64,000 nucleotides of DNA from Selaginella moellendorffii (taxonomy: Eukaryota; Plantae; Lycopodiophyta): NCBI RefSeq assembly GCF_000143415.4, contig NW_003314268.1, forward strand, positions 2,310,494-2,374,493, in the 5' to 3' direction. Below are positions 22,987 through 39,150 of the stretch, in pieces. The first letter of the stretch is position 1; every line of letters starts with the position of its first letter. The notes beneath the pieces were generated by a model. That model was not told the DNA's origin and did no database searches. It saw only the letters and a list, made by a program, of their open reading frames with translations. Both the position numbers and the translations under genes were made by a program.

Positions 22987-25900
22987 TGTCGTGAATGTGA
23001 CTTCGGGTATCGAAAGTTACTTGTCGGCTAGTCCTTATGCACTCTTTCCTTACTGCCACAATGGCAGGAAGTCGGTATTGTTGATTCCCTTTAGCCCCTC
23101 TTGTTCAAATGTTAGTTTACTGGGCTTAGCACCTGTACTTAACTAGATGGACATAAGGTAGGAACTTCTATGTGTTTCTAGCTGAGCATACTCAGCCTGG
23201 CTCTTAGTTCTCTTTTGCTCTATCTTGCACTAACTTAACAAGAACCCTTGCATATTGAAATTAGTCCCTCAATATCGTTGGATGATTGTAGCGCACGTGG
23301 TTTTGACCCTTTATCCTATGGTGATTTACCATAGGATAACACCACGAAGCGGAACCTAAACCCTCTTTGTGCCACGTGACAGATGCCACGTGTCACATAC
23401 CACGTGTCCATGCCACGTGTCCATAGGAACCCGAGGTTCAGGGCCTTGGGCCACTGAACGAAGGAACGGTGCCAAACTCCCAAGCGTGACGTCAAGGAGT
23501 GATGGAACCGGACCACGGAGCAACTCCCGAGCATATAGCCCAAAGAGCGAAGGGACAGGAGCCCGAAGCGACTTGGAACAGTCCTGGAGCAACCAGCATC
23601 CCAATGCCAGGACCAGCACGCAAAACGGAGCCAAACGGAGTCTGGCACTATTTCGGCATACCGGTGGCCTAACGTGAGGATATGGGTACTCCACCAGCTA
23701 GCATGGAATGGAACTCGGGCTTAGACCCGAGCCGGACGCAGAACAAGGACAGGCACGCAAGCGGGAGCTAGACTATGCCTCAAGTTGGTCGGCCATGCCC
23801 GACCTACCCACTATCCCTACTATACATTTGGAACCCCCCATAGCCCCCCCCCCTTGAGGAACACACGCTTTGGGCTTTCACCCCAAGCCTCCCTTAGTAT
23901 CAGGAGTTAGTCTCTGGGATAAGCTCAAAACTTACTAAATATGGAATGTCCCTAGATTGCGAATTTGGATATGGGACGAACACCATTGTGTTCAGGATGA
24001 TCTCTACATTCCGTAGATATGCCAAATGAGCAAATCTGGACACTTTCCATAAATAGCATTTGGGACCGAATTGAGACTAACGCTAAGGGCATGATAGCGA
24101 GGGTGTTTGGCAGACACGGTAAGCTATCATCTAGCGATATTGAGGGACCAAGCTCAATATCGCGGGGGTTCCTAACACTAGCAAGTGCAAGCTAACATCA
24201 TGAGTTTCTCATCACCGTGTCAAGTCTGCTTGACTAAATGACAACTTAGGATTTCCTTCCTTAGTGCCCTTCCGGTCTAAGTGCACATGTGATGACCAGT
24301 TTCTCAACTAGCTTAGGCGGAGACTAATAACGGGTCCAGCAATACCGACCTCCTACCATCGTGGTAGTAAGGTAAGAGTGTCCGTAAGGACTAGCCGACA
24401 GGTAACTTTCGATACCTGAAGTCACATGCGCGACACTCTCCCCCCCTTGGGAAGATCGACGTCCTCGTCGATGCATACTCGAGTCTAGAATACCGCCAAG
24501 GAAACAACTCCATAAAAAGTTCACGGTACTCACACTATGTGAGAAATGCACCAACTTAAATGAGTTAGGGGGTAACCTCTTTGTCTAACGCGGATGCGCT
24601 ACCAGCTCAGACATCTTCCGGCCGTCGCCGACAAGGAAATGACCAACGGAGTCAGCCACCCCTGCTGCTCTGGGAGTCACCCAGCTTACAAAAGTGTGAT
24701 ATGCCCTGCCTGCAGGAACATAGAGAGAGAAGCCAGAGGCCCCTACCCTCCTAAGCAAAGAAACCAAACCCGTCGGTAAGGTTTAGATAGACTACTGTAA
24801 ACAGGCAGTTAGAGTTGTTTACACGGTCACGCCCTTTCAACGGAATAAGGAACATCGATAAAGAGGCGGGTTATGTGACCAGTCGACAGTAGCTACCCCA
24901 TGACTAGAGATTTCACCATGCACACGAAGTGCCGAAGCCAGTCTGCCCATTACTGGCCCAAACTCAAAGATTAATAGATGGACAATATCAAAGTCATAGA
25001 CAATGATATTTTAGAGATTTAATTATCAGGGAATAAAGCGTAGATTAGAACACAAAAGTATTCCAAGTAAGTTATCATCCGATAAACTAGTATTACAATA
25101 TAGGAACCACCAAGATCACTATCATTAGAAAACATAGGATGCACCATCCAACAAAATTCAATAGCAAGTATATCATCAAGTAAACGCAATGATAAAACTT
25201 AACTACCGAAGATAGCAGACAGTAAGCCAACAACTTACTAGAGAGAACTCAAAGTATCTTTGACTAACAAGCACAATGCTCGCGAATGTATCACCCAAAG
25301 GAAATAACATCCAAATCTATCAAAACTAACTCGAGCAATAATCAACAGAAGAGAATGAATGTGGGAAGACCAACAAACACTCATGCCTGCTAACTATCAC
25401 AAAAGCCAATCTGAATAGATCCCAGCCAACAATACCAAGGAACTCAAGTTGCCTAAACAAGTGTTAGCAACATCCTACTGATGTCTCAAACCCAAGAAAC
25501 CAATCCAGAGCAAACCACAAAGAACATGTGGTATTGCGAAAAGCCAAAAGCCATCAAAGAGAATAACTAACCATCATGAAAGATCATCAATCATCCCATT
25601 AATAAAGAGATACATAATCATCGTTGAAGAAAGAATCTACCATCCCGAAGAATAGCAAATAATTCCAAACCAGCAATAATCAAGCAAAACTTGTGATAAG
25701 GATAATCAATTACCCTAGATGATAGTCATTCATCACCAATGATTGCCAGATGCAAAGCCAACTTCAACATTGAAGCTAATGAGCCAAAATGCCTTCCCCA
25801 ACAACTTCTAACAAATGGAATAATGAGCATAAAACTCAAAGAACCAAAGCTCGAAGAAGCTTATAGCCAAGTCTTGCTTAATAATGATCACGAGTCTTAT

Positions 25901-28900
25901 AGAAGCTAACTTCAATGCTAAAGAAGAAATCATGGTGCAACCCACAATGTCTTCTTCAACACATCCATAAACCAAACTTCATAATGCCAAAGCTAATGAA
26001 GAGCATTTCTGCATCAATCCAAAAGCTAAGCACAATGAAGCTATGTTTAACAAGTGATCATCAAACGATCCTCCATGAATCCATCTACAGCAAGACGTAA
26101 CTCACATCATAACAAGTACAAGGCAAATCATCAATGATCAATATATTCGAATTTAAACCCAATAACGATTCAAACTTTCCAATATTGATCACTAACTCTT
26201 TCTCTTGTAGAGTTAGCATAGTCCACGACTGAATCACTTTTCAAGGACAAGCTTAAAGCTCAACCCTTACTAACAAACTCATCGAGAACACAACTAACTC
26301 AACTTGCCACTCAGTTCATTTGAACGTCAACACAGTTGCTAATTAGCAAATGCATGAATGCCAACAACACAAAGCTATAGCCAAATCATCAACACTATAT
26401 TCATCAAGACTAATGAAACTCAATATCAATCCTTGGAAGGATATCTCATTTCACTCAGATCTCAATATCAACAATATCAATGACAAGGCATCACTTTAAT
26501 GGCATCAACACCAGGACAAAGCTAGAAGAAAGCAAGAGTGAATCACCACTTGGAGCTTTCCAGCAACCAAGCTAACCAAAGTCGAAGATACTATACTTAG
26601 TATCCGAGACCAATCCTCTAACAATACTCAGTTACAGATAACACATCATCAAGGAGTGATTCACCACGTCCAAGACTCAATGAAATCCAACACTACGGAC
26701 TAAATGTAACCAAATGATATCAACAGAGGTAAAGTCGACATGCCAACATGGAAAACCATGCAAGTCCAACAACACGATCCTCCGCAACACCATCCGGTCA
26801 AGCAAGCCCACCACTGCTAAATCATCATCGAGCAAAGCAAGTGTCAACGGTCTTTTTGACAAAGTCTACAAGTAATCACTAGTCGCAAAGCAACTAACAA
26901 TCGCTCTTCAACTTGCCTTCACAAGACTCGAACACTAACTCATGTCATCGAGTTACATACTTGTCCAACATAAACATAATACCCCAGGTATGAGATAAAA
27001 GTTCATAGATAAGCACAAACTAAATGACCACTCAAATCCAACTCAACTGCGATAAGCTCACCAACACACCTAGTCAATAGCTCTGAGCATGCCTTGAAGA
27101 GGCTAGCTATGCATGATCAACACTCAGTCGAAACTAAAGTGAAGACCATGAGATGGACTCATATTGGTACACAACCTCCTCATAGACAAAACTATAGTAC
27201 AGGTACCAACATCTCAACCTCAAACAACTAAGTTGGACATCACCATCCTCAGCCAAGGTGCAGGGCTACCAAAACTAAGTCAAGATCAGTGAGAGCTCAC
27301 TACTCTCATAGAGTCTTAGCGAAATGCAAGGTGCAACCTGCCACCGAGCATAATGCTACAAAAGAAAGGCATAAGAGTCACCTTTCTTAGAAAAGTGCAG
27401 CGGCCACTTTTCTACACTAACTCCAGACTCTATCCAACTCCATTGCCTTAGCCCCAAAAGTCAGCATCCCTTTCGGGTCGCATCATACAAACTATCTACC
27501 AAGGTCTAAGCTAACCGAAGTCAACTCCAACCCCTTCTCTAGTTTGTACTTGCCTTCGAAAACGGAATGGTTTTCGGACAAAATGATCAATAGATCAGCC
27601 ATTGGAAAAGTCTAAGAAAATTTGTGGAAAATTTCCCATCCTAGAGAAAGAATGACTCTCAGTCCAGGATTGCAAACTTTCAAGACTCAACCAACTTCCT
27701 CCTACCAACAACTTCACATAGGCTCACCTCAACACAGATTCTCATGATCCATCAATATGCTTAAGCATCGAACATCTTTACCCATTTTGACATCCGACAT
27801 CTGCAAAGTGCAAAATGAACATCCAAGGCTTGATCACGAAGACCACATCTTCAGATATCCACATTGCACTAACACTCTTCTTCAATTACCTTCAAGATCC
27901 AATGTGAAGCCAAAACACTAACAAGAAAAATGACATAGAAAATCAAGGTCCAAGGAAAACTTCCTCATCACTCGAAATAACAATGCCACTTCCACTAACA
28001 CAAGTGCTAGCGATGTCAATACATCAACCTCACACCTTCTCCATCCAATAATCTACTCCAAGTGCTAACGGATCAATAGATGAGCTATAGCAAATGAATG
28101 CTACAACCCATTCCCAACACCTTATGGGCAAACCCTCAAGGAAACAAGGTACCAACATAAGCTTAGCATAATGGACCACCATTGAGAATCCAGTCAAAGC
28201 TACTACAATGCTACTTCATGCAAGTAGACTAGCTTCTCCATCAACCACTTTGGGGTTGATCATCATTTACTCAAGCAACTTCGTAAACGCATTACTCTTT
28301 ATCACATGGATATGATATAAGCATCACAATGACTTGATCATCAATTGAGCAATAACATGAGCAATGCCAATGTCATTACTTCAAAGGTTTATGTGAGTAT
28401 CAAGTGCTAACTCAATTCGACAAAATGCAACATAAATGCCACACTCCACCGATAGAGATTTACAACACCCAATATCACTAACTTTTGTTCACAACACGGA
28501 CAAGCTCATGCCACTCTCTTTCCGACCAAACTCAACACTAATCCAACACCAAGCTACTCAAGGAGTAATAGCAAGGTTCCCCGGAAAAGAATTGAGCATT
28601 GCAACCCAAGTCTTCCAATAGCAAGCTTAGACAAAATGGTTTAGCGCTTCACCGCTATCCATCCTACAACTCACCATTGTAAGACCACCATCTCCAACAT
28701 GCATCAAGATAGGGACTCTTGATTGCATGATGTGAACACAAGCAATGAGTTAACACCTCGTTGCAGATCATCTCTCCAAGAAGAGAAAATGATTTACGTA
28801 TTTGATCCTTTGTCCCCGATGACTCTCTTTTCGGTCTCATCTTTGACCAAACCTCAAGCTTTCTTTCACACTGCCTTCAGTTCAATCCAAGAAAAGTTTA

Positions 28901-31422
28901 TGAGAGAGCACGGCAATGATTACTTGAACCAATAGACTATTCCCTACAGTCTTGATTGATCCAATTATAAACATGCCTAGGAAGGATCCACTAGTGCCGT
29001 GCTAAACAGCTACGGACCAGCCTATTTGCCACTCATAGCAAACCCAGGGAAAGTTTATTTTCACCCATGGTACAAGGAATAACTCATGGAACCACTGGAA
29101 CCACTCATGGAACCACCGATAGGCTAACATTAATCCTGCCAACTCAAAGTGCAACCTTGAGTTGCTAATGTGCCTCACTCACAAGCCCAAGTGCAAACTC
29201 GTGCTACAGAACAATTTAGTCCACCCTATGAGCCCAAGAGCAAGCTCACATATTATGAAACACAGAGGTAACCAAAACCTATCCCAAGGAACTAATGCGA
29301 AGTCTTTGCACCAAAACGTGTACCCACTCGGATCATCGTTTTCATCTCTGCGTATGCAACGAGACTAGTTGCCCAATCTCATTGGATAGTTCTCACCGAG
29401 ACTCATTCTCTGATACCAAATGTAGCGCACGTGGTTTTGACCCTTTATCCTATGGTGATTTACCATAGGATAACACCACGAAGCGGAACCTAAACCCTCT
29501 TTGTGCCACGTGACAGATGCCACGTGTCACATACCACGTGTCCATGCCACGTGTCCATAGGAACCCGAGGTTCAGGGCCTTGGGCCACTGAACGAAGGAA
29601 CGGTGCCAAACTCCCAAGCGTGACGCCAAGGAGTGATGGAACCGGACCACGGAGCAACTCCCGAGCATATAGCCCAAAGAGCGAAGGGACAGGAGCCCGA
29701 AGCGACTTGGAACAGTCCTGGAGCAACCAGCATCCCAATGCCAGGACCAGCACGCAAAACGGAGCCAAACGGAGTCTGGCACTATTTCGGCATACCGGTG
29801 GCCTAACGTGAGGATATGGGTACTCCACCAGCTAGCATGGAATGGAACTCGGGCTTAGACCCGAGCCGGACGCAGAACAAGGACAGGCACGCAAGCGGGA
29901 GCTAGACTATGCCTCAGGTTGGTCGGCCATGCCCGACCTACCCACTATCCCTACTATACATTTGGAACCCCCCATAGCCCCCCCCCCTTGAGGAACACAC
30001 GCTTTGGGCTTTCACCCCAAGCCTCCCTTAGTATCAGGAGTTAGTCTCTGGGACAAGCTCGAAACTTACTAAATATGGAATGTCCCTAGATTGCGAATTT
30101 GGATATGGGACGAACACCATTGTGTTCAAGATGATCTCTACATTCCGTAGATATGCCAAATGAGCAAATCTGGACACTTTCCATAAATAGCATTTGGGAC
30201 CGAATTGAGACTAACGCTAAGGGCATGATAGCGAGGGTGTTTGGCAGACACGGTAAGCTATCATCTAGCGATATTGAGGGACCAAGCTCAATATCGCGGG
30301 GGTTCCCAACACTAGCAAGTGCAAGCCAACATCATGAGTTTCTCATCACCGTGTCAAGTCTGCTTGACTAAATGACAACTTAGGATTTCCTTCCTTAGTG
30401 CCCTTCCGGTCTAAGTGCACATGTGATGACCAGTTTCTCAACTAGCTTAGGCGGAGACTAATAACGGGTCCAGCAATACCGACCTCCTACCATCGTGGTA
30501 GTAAGGTAAGAGTGTCCGTAAGGACTAGCCGACAGGTAACTTTCGATACCCGAAGTCACATGCGCGACAATGATAGCTTACCGTGTCTGCCAAACACCCT
30601 CGCTATCATGCCCTTTGTGTTAATCTCATTTCGGTCCCAAATGCTATTTATGGAAAGTGTCTAGATTCACTCATTTGGCATTTTTACGGAATGTAGAGAT
30701 TAGTCTGAACACAATGGTGTTCGTCCCGTGTCCAAATTCGCAATCTAGAAACATTCCATATTTAATAAGTTTTAAGCTTGTCCCAGAGACTAACTCTTGA
30801 TACTAAGGGAGGCTTGGGGTGAAAACCCAAAGTGTGTGTTCCTCAAGGGGGGGGGGGGGGGGGGGGGCCTATGGGGGGTTCCAAAATTATAGTAGGGATA
30901 GTGGGTAGGTCGGGCATGGCCGACCAACCTGAGGCATAGTCTAACTCCTACTTGCATGTCTGTCCTTGTTCTGCGTTCGGCTTGGGTTTAAGCCCAAGTT
31001 CCATACCATGCTAATTTGGGGTACCCATATCCTCGCATTAGGCCACCGGTATGCCGAAATAGTGCTAGACTCTATTTGGCTATGTTTTGCATGCTAGTCT
31101 TGGCATTGGGATGCTGGTTGCTCCAGGACTGTTCCAAGTCACTCCAGGCTCCTGTCCCTTTGCTCCTTGGGCTGTATGCTCGGGAGTTGCTCCATGGTTC
31201 GGTTCCATCACTCCTTGGCTCCATGTTTGGGAGTTTTGCACTGTTCCTTCGTTCAGTGGCCCAAGGCCCTGAACCTCGGGTTCCACACCACCATCCTATA
31301 GACACGTGGCATGTGACACATGGCATTTGTCACGTGGCACAAAGAGGGTTTAGGTTCCACTTCGTAGTGTTATCCTATGGTAAATCACCATAGGATAAAG
31401 GGTAAAAACCACGTGTGCTACA
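22987..31422 (+). mobile_element. Solo LTR (~1148 bp; 22987-23286 + 30575-31422) inserted in copia RT
   Basis: TG...CA ends with 5-bp TSD ggtat (22982-22986 and 31423-31427). Sequence is the reverse complement of the inner element's LTR. Confidence 0.9.
23287..30569 (-). mobile_element. Non-autonomous LTR retrotransposon (LARD-like), 7283 bp, with 1149-bp LTRs at 23287-24435 and 29421-30569
   Basis: TG...CA LTRs, TSD atgat (23282-23286 and 30570-30574), tRNA-Met PBS tggtatcagag (29418-29408) and PPT (24448-24436). The 5-kb interior has no long ORF. Confidence 0.93.
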
Positions 31423-32718
31423 GGTATGAATGTTTGGATTCTTTTTTTATGGGTCTCAATATGCAAAGGTTGAACAGCAATGAAAATTTATATCTTCTTC
31501 AGCAGGGTGATCACTTTGTTGTGATGGCAGTTTATGTGGACGACTATTTGATTGTCAACAACAATGACATTGTTTTGAAGGATGTGAAGATCAAGCTCAT
31601 GGACAGTTTTGTGATGAAGGACTTAGGAGTTGTGCAGCAGCTGTTAGGGATGGAAGTTGACAGGGATGAAGTAGATAGGAGAATCACCCTCACACAGCAC
31701 CAATATGTGAAGAAGCTTCTCAACTAGTTCAACATGACAAGTTGCAAATCCGTGGCTACACCAGTCATCACTGGCATCAAGTTCACAAGCAAGATGGATG
31801 ATTTATTTGATCAGCCCTTGGTCTACCGATTGCTTGTTGGAGGACTACTCTACCTCGCCAATATGACTTGCCTTGACATCTCCTTTGCCGTTGGCCTCCT
31901 CAGCCGATACATGCAGTCTCTGAGTTGTTATCATTGGCAAATGGCAAAAAGAGTTTTGAGGTATTTGAAAGGAACAACTGCTCATGGATTGGTTTACAAA
32001 TGCTCAGGTCAGTCCAAACTTGTTCTTCAAGCTTACTGCGATGTAGATTGGGCTGGCAACTTGGGTACATGACATTCAACCTCTAGAATTTGCTGCATAA
32101 TTGCTGGTGCTTCGGTTTCATGGGGAAGCAAGAAGCAAACAACAGTTGCTCTTTCCTGTGCAGAAGCGGAGTACGTAGCTGCCAGTACAACAGCAAGGGA
32201 GATCATCTAGCTTTGTCGATTACTTGGAGAACTCAATCAACAGCAATCAGATGCGACTATTCTGCATTGTGACAACAAAAGTGCAATCGCCATGTCAAAG
32301 AATCCTGTGTTTCATGCTCATACGAAATGTATAGACGTGCAGCATCACTTCATTCGCGAACGTGTAGCAACCGAAGATCTTCACCTGGAATATGTTCCTT
32401 CACAATATCAGTTGGTAGACCTTCTAACCAAGCCACTTTCGGAGCTCACATTCATCAAGCTGAAGAATCAACTTGGAGTGTCAAGTGCCCTAAGCTTGAA
32501 GGGGGAGTGTAGGAATAATGATGAACACGACAAGCAAGACGATTCATATCAGAAGCAATCCAAATCGTGATCAGATCTTTGGTGATTTTTTATTTGATTG
32601 AAGTTGTATATATATATAGCCATATATGAATCAACGTGTGTGTTGAAGTGAAATCTGTTGTTCTTGCTCTGCTTTTTTTTCAGTATCTTTCTCTTTTTTT
32701 CTTTTTATCCATTTTTGT

Positions 32719-33370
32719 GATGAATGCAAGGGTATTTTGCACTCCTCTAGGTACTAGGCTCACCTGGCAGCAGCATTGCTTGAGCAAGAGGGCTGTAGAA
32801 AGAAAAACTATGACCAAGTTATACTTCTCAAGATTGTCTCCCAGAATCACCAGGAGTTTTTCAGGAAGCAATGTGGTCATCAAGAAATCCATCGAGAAGA
32901 GGGAATTTTTGCTAGGAAAACATTTGAACTGGAGAACACATATAGTTGCAGTTTTTGCTGGCATGATTTTGCTTGGAACTCCCGCATTTGAGGCCGATGC
33001 TCTTAAGATGTGCTCTTGTCTTCTGAAAGAATGCTAGTAATTTTATTCTTCTCTTTTGTCCTTCAAGAAAGACGAGTGTTTTTTTTAAATTTTTTTCCTC
33101 TAATTGGAGCTCGCTTGATGCATTGCAGATCCTTCGTGCTTGCAAACTTGTAACGATCAACCTGACGAGACCAAGTGCCAGGTAAGTCTAAAGATTTTGT
33201 GTAAAACTTCTTTTGGATCGATTGATTCACGAATACTTTTAGATAAAATGCAGAGACATTTTTTAGAACGAGGTGAGTGAACAAATTCAATGATTGCGTG
33301 GTGAGCCACAAGAGCTGTGTCTTGCAGAAGAAAGACAAGGGGCATTTCCCAGTCCTGCCACCCTTGGGCT
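32719..33370 (+). pseudogene. VDE: Violaxanthin de-epoxidase 5' fragment
   Basis: Transit-like leader then ADALKMCSCLLKEC, LELA*CIADPS, CLQTCNDQPDETKCQ, IKCRDIF*NE and FNDCVVSHKSCV, matching the Cys-rich VDE N-domain with stops; truncated. Confidence 0.8.
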
Positions 33371-33436
33371 TGCGGTGCAAGCAAGTGAGCTGGGATCGCG
33401 CATCCAACTAGAGAATGGGGTGTTGATGGAGGGAGT

Positions 33437-34445
33437 GCTGATGTTTGCTGCATTGGGAGGCAGCCAAACTACGTGGGTGAGAGAGGAAGGCGCTATGACA
33501 CATGTCGCATGCAAAGTGTTGACCATGACTGCACCTATTGTCTGTCCTATCGAGCGAAAAAGCTATTGCGAGTTTTGCATGTGCTCAATGATGTGGCTCA
33601 ATGGCTGTGATTAACGCAAAGTTAATTAATTGCTTCATTCAAGATCTCTCTCTCCGATGGTAGCTGCAACTAGTGATTCTAATGTGGGGTCTCAAGACTA
33701 TGTAGACTACTATTACTAGTCATCACTAAATGATGTCTCTTCGTAGTAGCAATAAGTTCTAGGTGATGTAGACATAGGTGGAGAGAGCAGTGAATTAGGT
33801 TTGTGTTTATCTTGAAGAATCTAATCACTTTCTTTTCCAGGATCTGAGCGCTTTACACAACTTAGTGCTTTAGGTATTTAGTCTATTCCAATACAGTGCT
33901 TTATAGTAGAAATAATAATATATAGATAGTATTTTAGGAGGAATAGGTATGCAAGAAGACTTCAAATAGCCATTACATTTTCAAAGTCCCTTTGCTATTT
34001 TAGCAAGTACTGGCATTTAGCTTTTTTGTTTCTTAAACCTTCTCTATATCCAGATTTAGGCATTCAGATAGAGACTTCCAATGGGATTGTAGGAGGTACT
34101 ACTCAATTTTAGAATGTTATTTTTTAGTTATGGGTTTGTAATGGGATATTTTATCTAAGTGCAAATTATATAGCATTTTAGACCCTGGCATATAGAATTT
34201 TATTGCTTCCTTTGAGGAGGAGTTGCTAAACTTTCTAGGCCACCGGATCCAGCCAATTGCAGCCGTCCAATAAGGGGTAATTATAAAGAAGTTATTTCTC
34301 TAACCACATGTTCGCGAATAATCGCACTGATGTTTGCTCCTAGCCAATGGGAGGCAACCAAGTTGCATGGGGTAGGAGAGGAAGGCACAGCAACACATGT
34401 CACATGCAAATGTGTTGACCATGACTGCGCCCATGGTCTATCAAG
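33437..34445 (+). repeat. Two copies (33437-33560, 34216-34445) of a dispersed repeat also present at 3468-3556 and 6141-6225
   Basis: Shared ggaggcagccaaact...acacatgtc.catgc...gtgttg and gaggagttgc..aacttt...ggatccagccaat...cgaataatcg. Confidence 0.7.
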
Positions 34446-34634
34446 CGAATTAGTTTTGTTTTGTAATGTTTTTCTAAGGTTTATGAAATGGTGAGAGAGC
34501 CCCTACCACTACTGCCGATTTGCGATCCAAATTTGAGGCATTGTGTCAATGTTGCTGGAATGAGCCACATCCTGGTACGGTTTGTATCAAGATCTAATCA
34601 ATTTGTCCATGCTTTCTTCTAGCATTGTTTCAGT

Positions 34635-35280
34635 TCCAAGTTTGCTTTGGTAGTGGTAGAGTTAAAAAATGAAGGGTCAGATCATTAAGCCAACTCTATA
34701 TGGCAAGACAATAGTGATTCAATGGAGAATTACTGCTGAAAAATTATTATCTTGAAAAATCACTAAGGTTGGTTTTCTATCGTGTGAGGGATTTACTTCT
34801 TTTGTATTGTGTACTCCAAGTGAAAAACTTTCTTCAAACAAGTAGGATTTGTGTGATGTGATCAACCATCTTAGTGTAAGCTAAGATTGTATTTTTAAAA
34901 TTTTCTACTTTCCTACTATCACCTTTGTTTGTAGATTGATGCGGAAAACTCATGTGTGATTATATCTCAAGACATGAGTTGAGATTTTCTAAGTGCTGGT
35001 AGTGAGAAAGAGAAATTCAAGGTAACAATAGCTTTCATTTCCAAGCTGAAGGTGGTCTGACATATGCTTATGCTGTAGTTTTACTTCAAGGCAACACTTT
35101 TGGAGAAAGTCTTAAAATTGCTGGATATGAACATGAAGACTATTCAAATGTGTTGTGATTGCCTTCAAAAGGACAGGAAATCTTCTAAGTGCTCAAATAG
35201 GATCTAGTGAAGATAGAAGAAAAACCTCTCCATGCAGAACAAGTGGATGAACTTGTTAAAGAAGTTCGCACCTTGTGAAA
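34635..35280 (+). pseudogene. SMC6: SMC6 gene fragment (N-terminal ATPase/coiled-coil region) with introns
   Basis: Exon remnants ALVVVELKNEG, LYGKTIVIQWRIT, IDAENSCVIISQDMS*DFLSAGSEKEKFK and FYFKATLLEKV resemble plant SMC6; stops and frameshifts present. Confidence 0.72.
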
Positions 35281-36508
35281 GAGATTAGCTTTGTAGTTTA
35301 TACCATATATTTAGAATATTAATATATTCCCAAAGTGAGAAAAGAAGAATTAATGGTAAATATTATTAATAAAGATAATATATGCAAAGTACTACTTGGG
35401 AATATAAATATATTTAGAATATTAAAATTTTAAGAAACTTAATACCCAACCAAGAGAAAAGTAAAATAAAAATTTCTAAGAATTTTTTTTTAATAGTTAT
35501 TAGATTATATATATATTTAGTACACTCCCAGAAAAAAAAAAGCAAATGAAGAATTACTAAAAAATAAATTTTTTTACTTGGGATACAAACAAATTTAGAA
35601 TCTTTGCAAGTAATTGTTGCAATGCAAAAACCTCAAACATCCAACAAATAAAAGACCAAACTGCTCACTATTTGCATCTAGATGTCCTCTTCAGCTAAAA
35701 GTATAAGCTACTTGAGTTTTTTTACAAATGCTTGGATGTCTTTGAGTTTCTTGTTTGTCGTCTATGTTGTATAGTATTATGTGTGTATGTAGAAATATCA
35801 AAAGGAAAATATTGTATTAAATTATTGATTTTTGTACTTATCTAGCATTTGTTGGGCAACATGTCATGCAAAGTGTTAATTGGCATTAACACTCAACGTT
35901 TTGCAATAGAGACCCTCTAAAATTGAGAGGGTAAATTCTAAGGTTTAGTGGAGAGCATCTAGGATGATAGCAAGCTTGATTATTGGTGCTTTCAGGTTGT
36001 GATTCAAGCTCATATGTGAATCTCTTTAGCCTCGATTTAGGGTTTTGTGAGCTATGACATGTGCTCTTTTTCGGGTATTTTCCAAATATATTCATATTTT
36101 CAAATAATAATTTGTATTTAATATTTTATTAATGAATATTTATTCTTACTTATGCTTAGGATTATATTTTGTTCTATTTATATTATCAAGTTTACAAGAA
36201 TTGATATTTGTATTCACCTAGCATTTGCTGGGCATAATTCCCTTAATTCTTCTTTCAAAGTGGAATATAATATTTAATTTTTTATACTATTCCAATTTAA
36301 TTTTTAATATAACAAAAGTATAACAATCAAAACAGTATTTTACTAACTGGGCAGCATATGCTAGGCAAATGCTAGTTAAAGGATGAGGTTATAATATAAA
36401 TATCTCTCCATGGATTAAACTAACTCCTTGAATTGAAGTAAACTAAAGCATGGCATTAGCTTGTGGATGAGTAGAAAACCATCAAAACTGGGAGATTTAC
36501 AAATCTAT

Positions 36509-38623
<2,115 letters not shown>

Positions 38624-39150
38624 CCTTGGAAAGCTGAGAAGCTAATGCTATAGTAGAAGAAGAAGAAAGACCGAGAGAAACCAGTTCTTCACTTCTCTCG
38701 GGATCTTTCCTTCTCTTTCTCCTGTTCTTCCTTTTTCTCGGCACTGCTTTGCTTGGAATGATCTACGAGTGCTTGCACTAAAGGCCTTCTCTCGGCATTA
38801 TCCACGAAAAGACGAGCCCAGTATGCCCCTGCCGCCGAGCTCTGCTGCTCACATTGCCTGCAACACTCCTTATCCATCTTTCCACACTGTCAGGCGATCG
38901 CTGGGCGCCCAACACGCGTAAGCTCGATTTGCTCGATTTCTCGAAGGCGCCATAGCAGCGCCCTCCAGAAACGCTGCGATTCCTAGATTCTGTCTCACAA
39001 ACCTGGCAATGCAGTGCTCTCGCCATCCCAGAAATTAGGGCAAAGTGGCGCCCTAGAGTCATGCGCCTATTGGAGCAAGGACACGTAAGCACGTTGTGCT
39101 GAGTCATCCGCCACGTAGTAATATCTGAGGTTTTTGCGCATTGTGTGGCT

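Larger units (their letters stand above)
6230..32640 (+). mobile_element. Decayed Ty1/copia LTR retrotransposon split by two nested insertions (segments ~6230-8184, 20580-22986, 31428-~32640)
   Basis: Copia domain order: gag UBN2-like (7463-8056), CCHC knuckle ECWTCGMPGHYSKDCP (~8123-8170), degenerate protease (~20925), GAG-pre-integrase LWHARLAH, integrase LVHSDVCGP, RT (KARLVAQG, HHMDIKTAFLNG, YVDD), RNase H (HHFIRE), PPT gaagggggag then TG at 32508. Many stops and frameshifts. 5' LTR not seen and the 3' end is approximate. Confidence 0.9.

Noticed and set aside
23316-31393. Repeated 100-125 aa ORFs (MEYPYPHVRPP..., MPRDRCHV...)
   Set aside because: They lie inside the three LTR copies, recur only because the LTR recurs, and have no recognisable domain.
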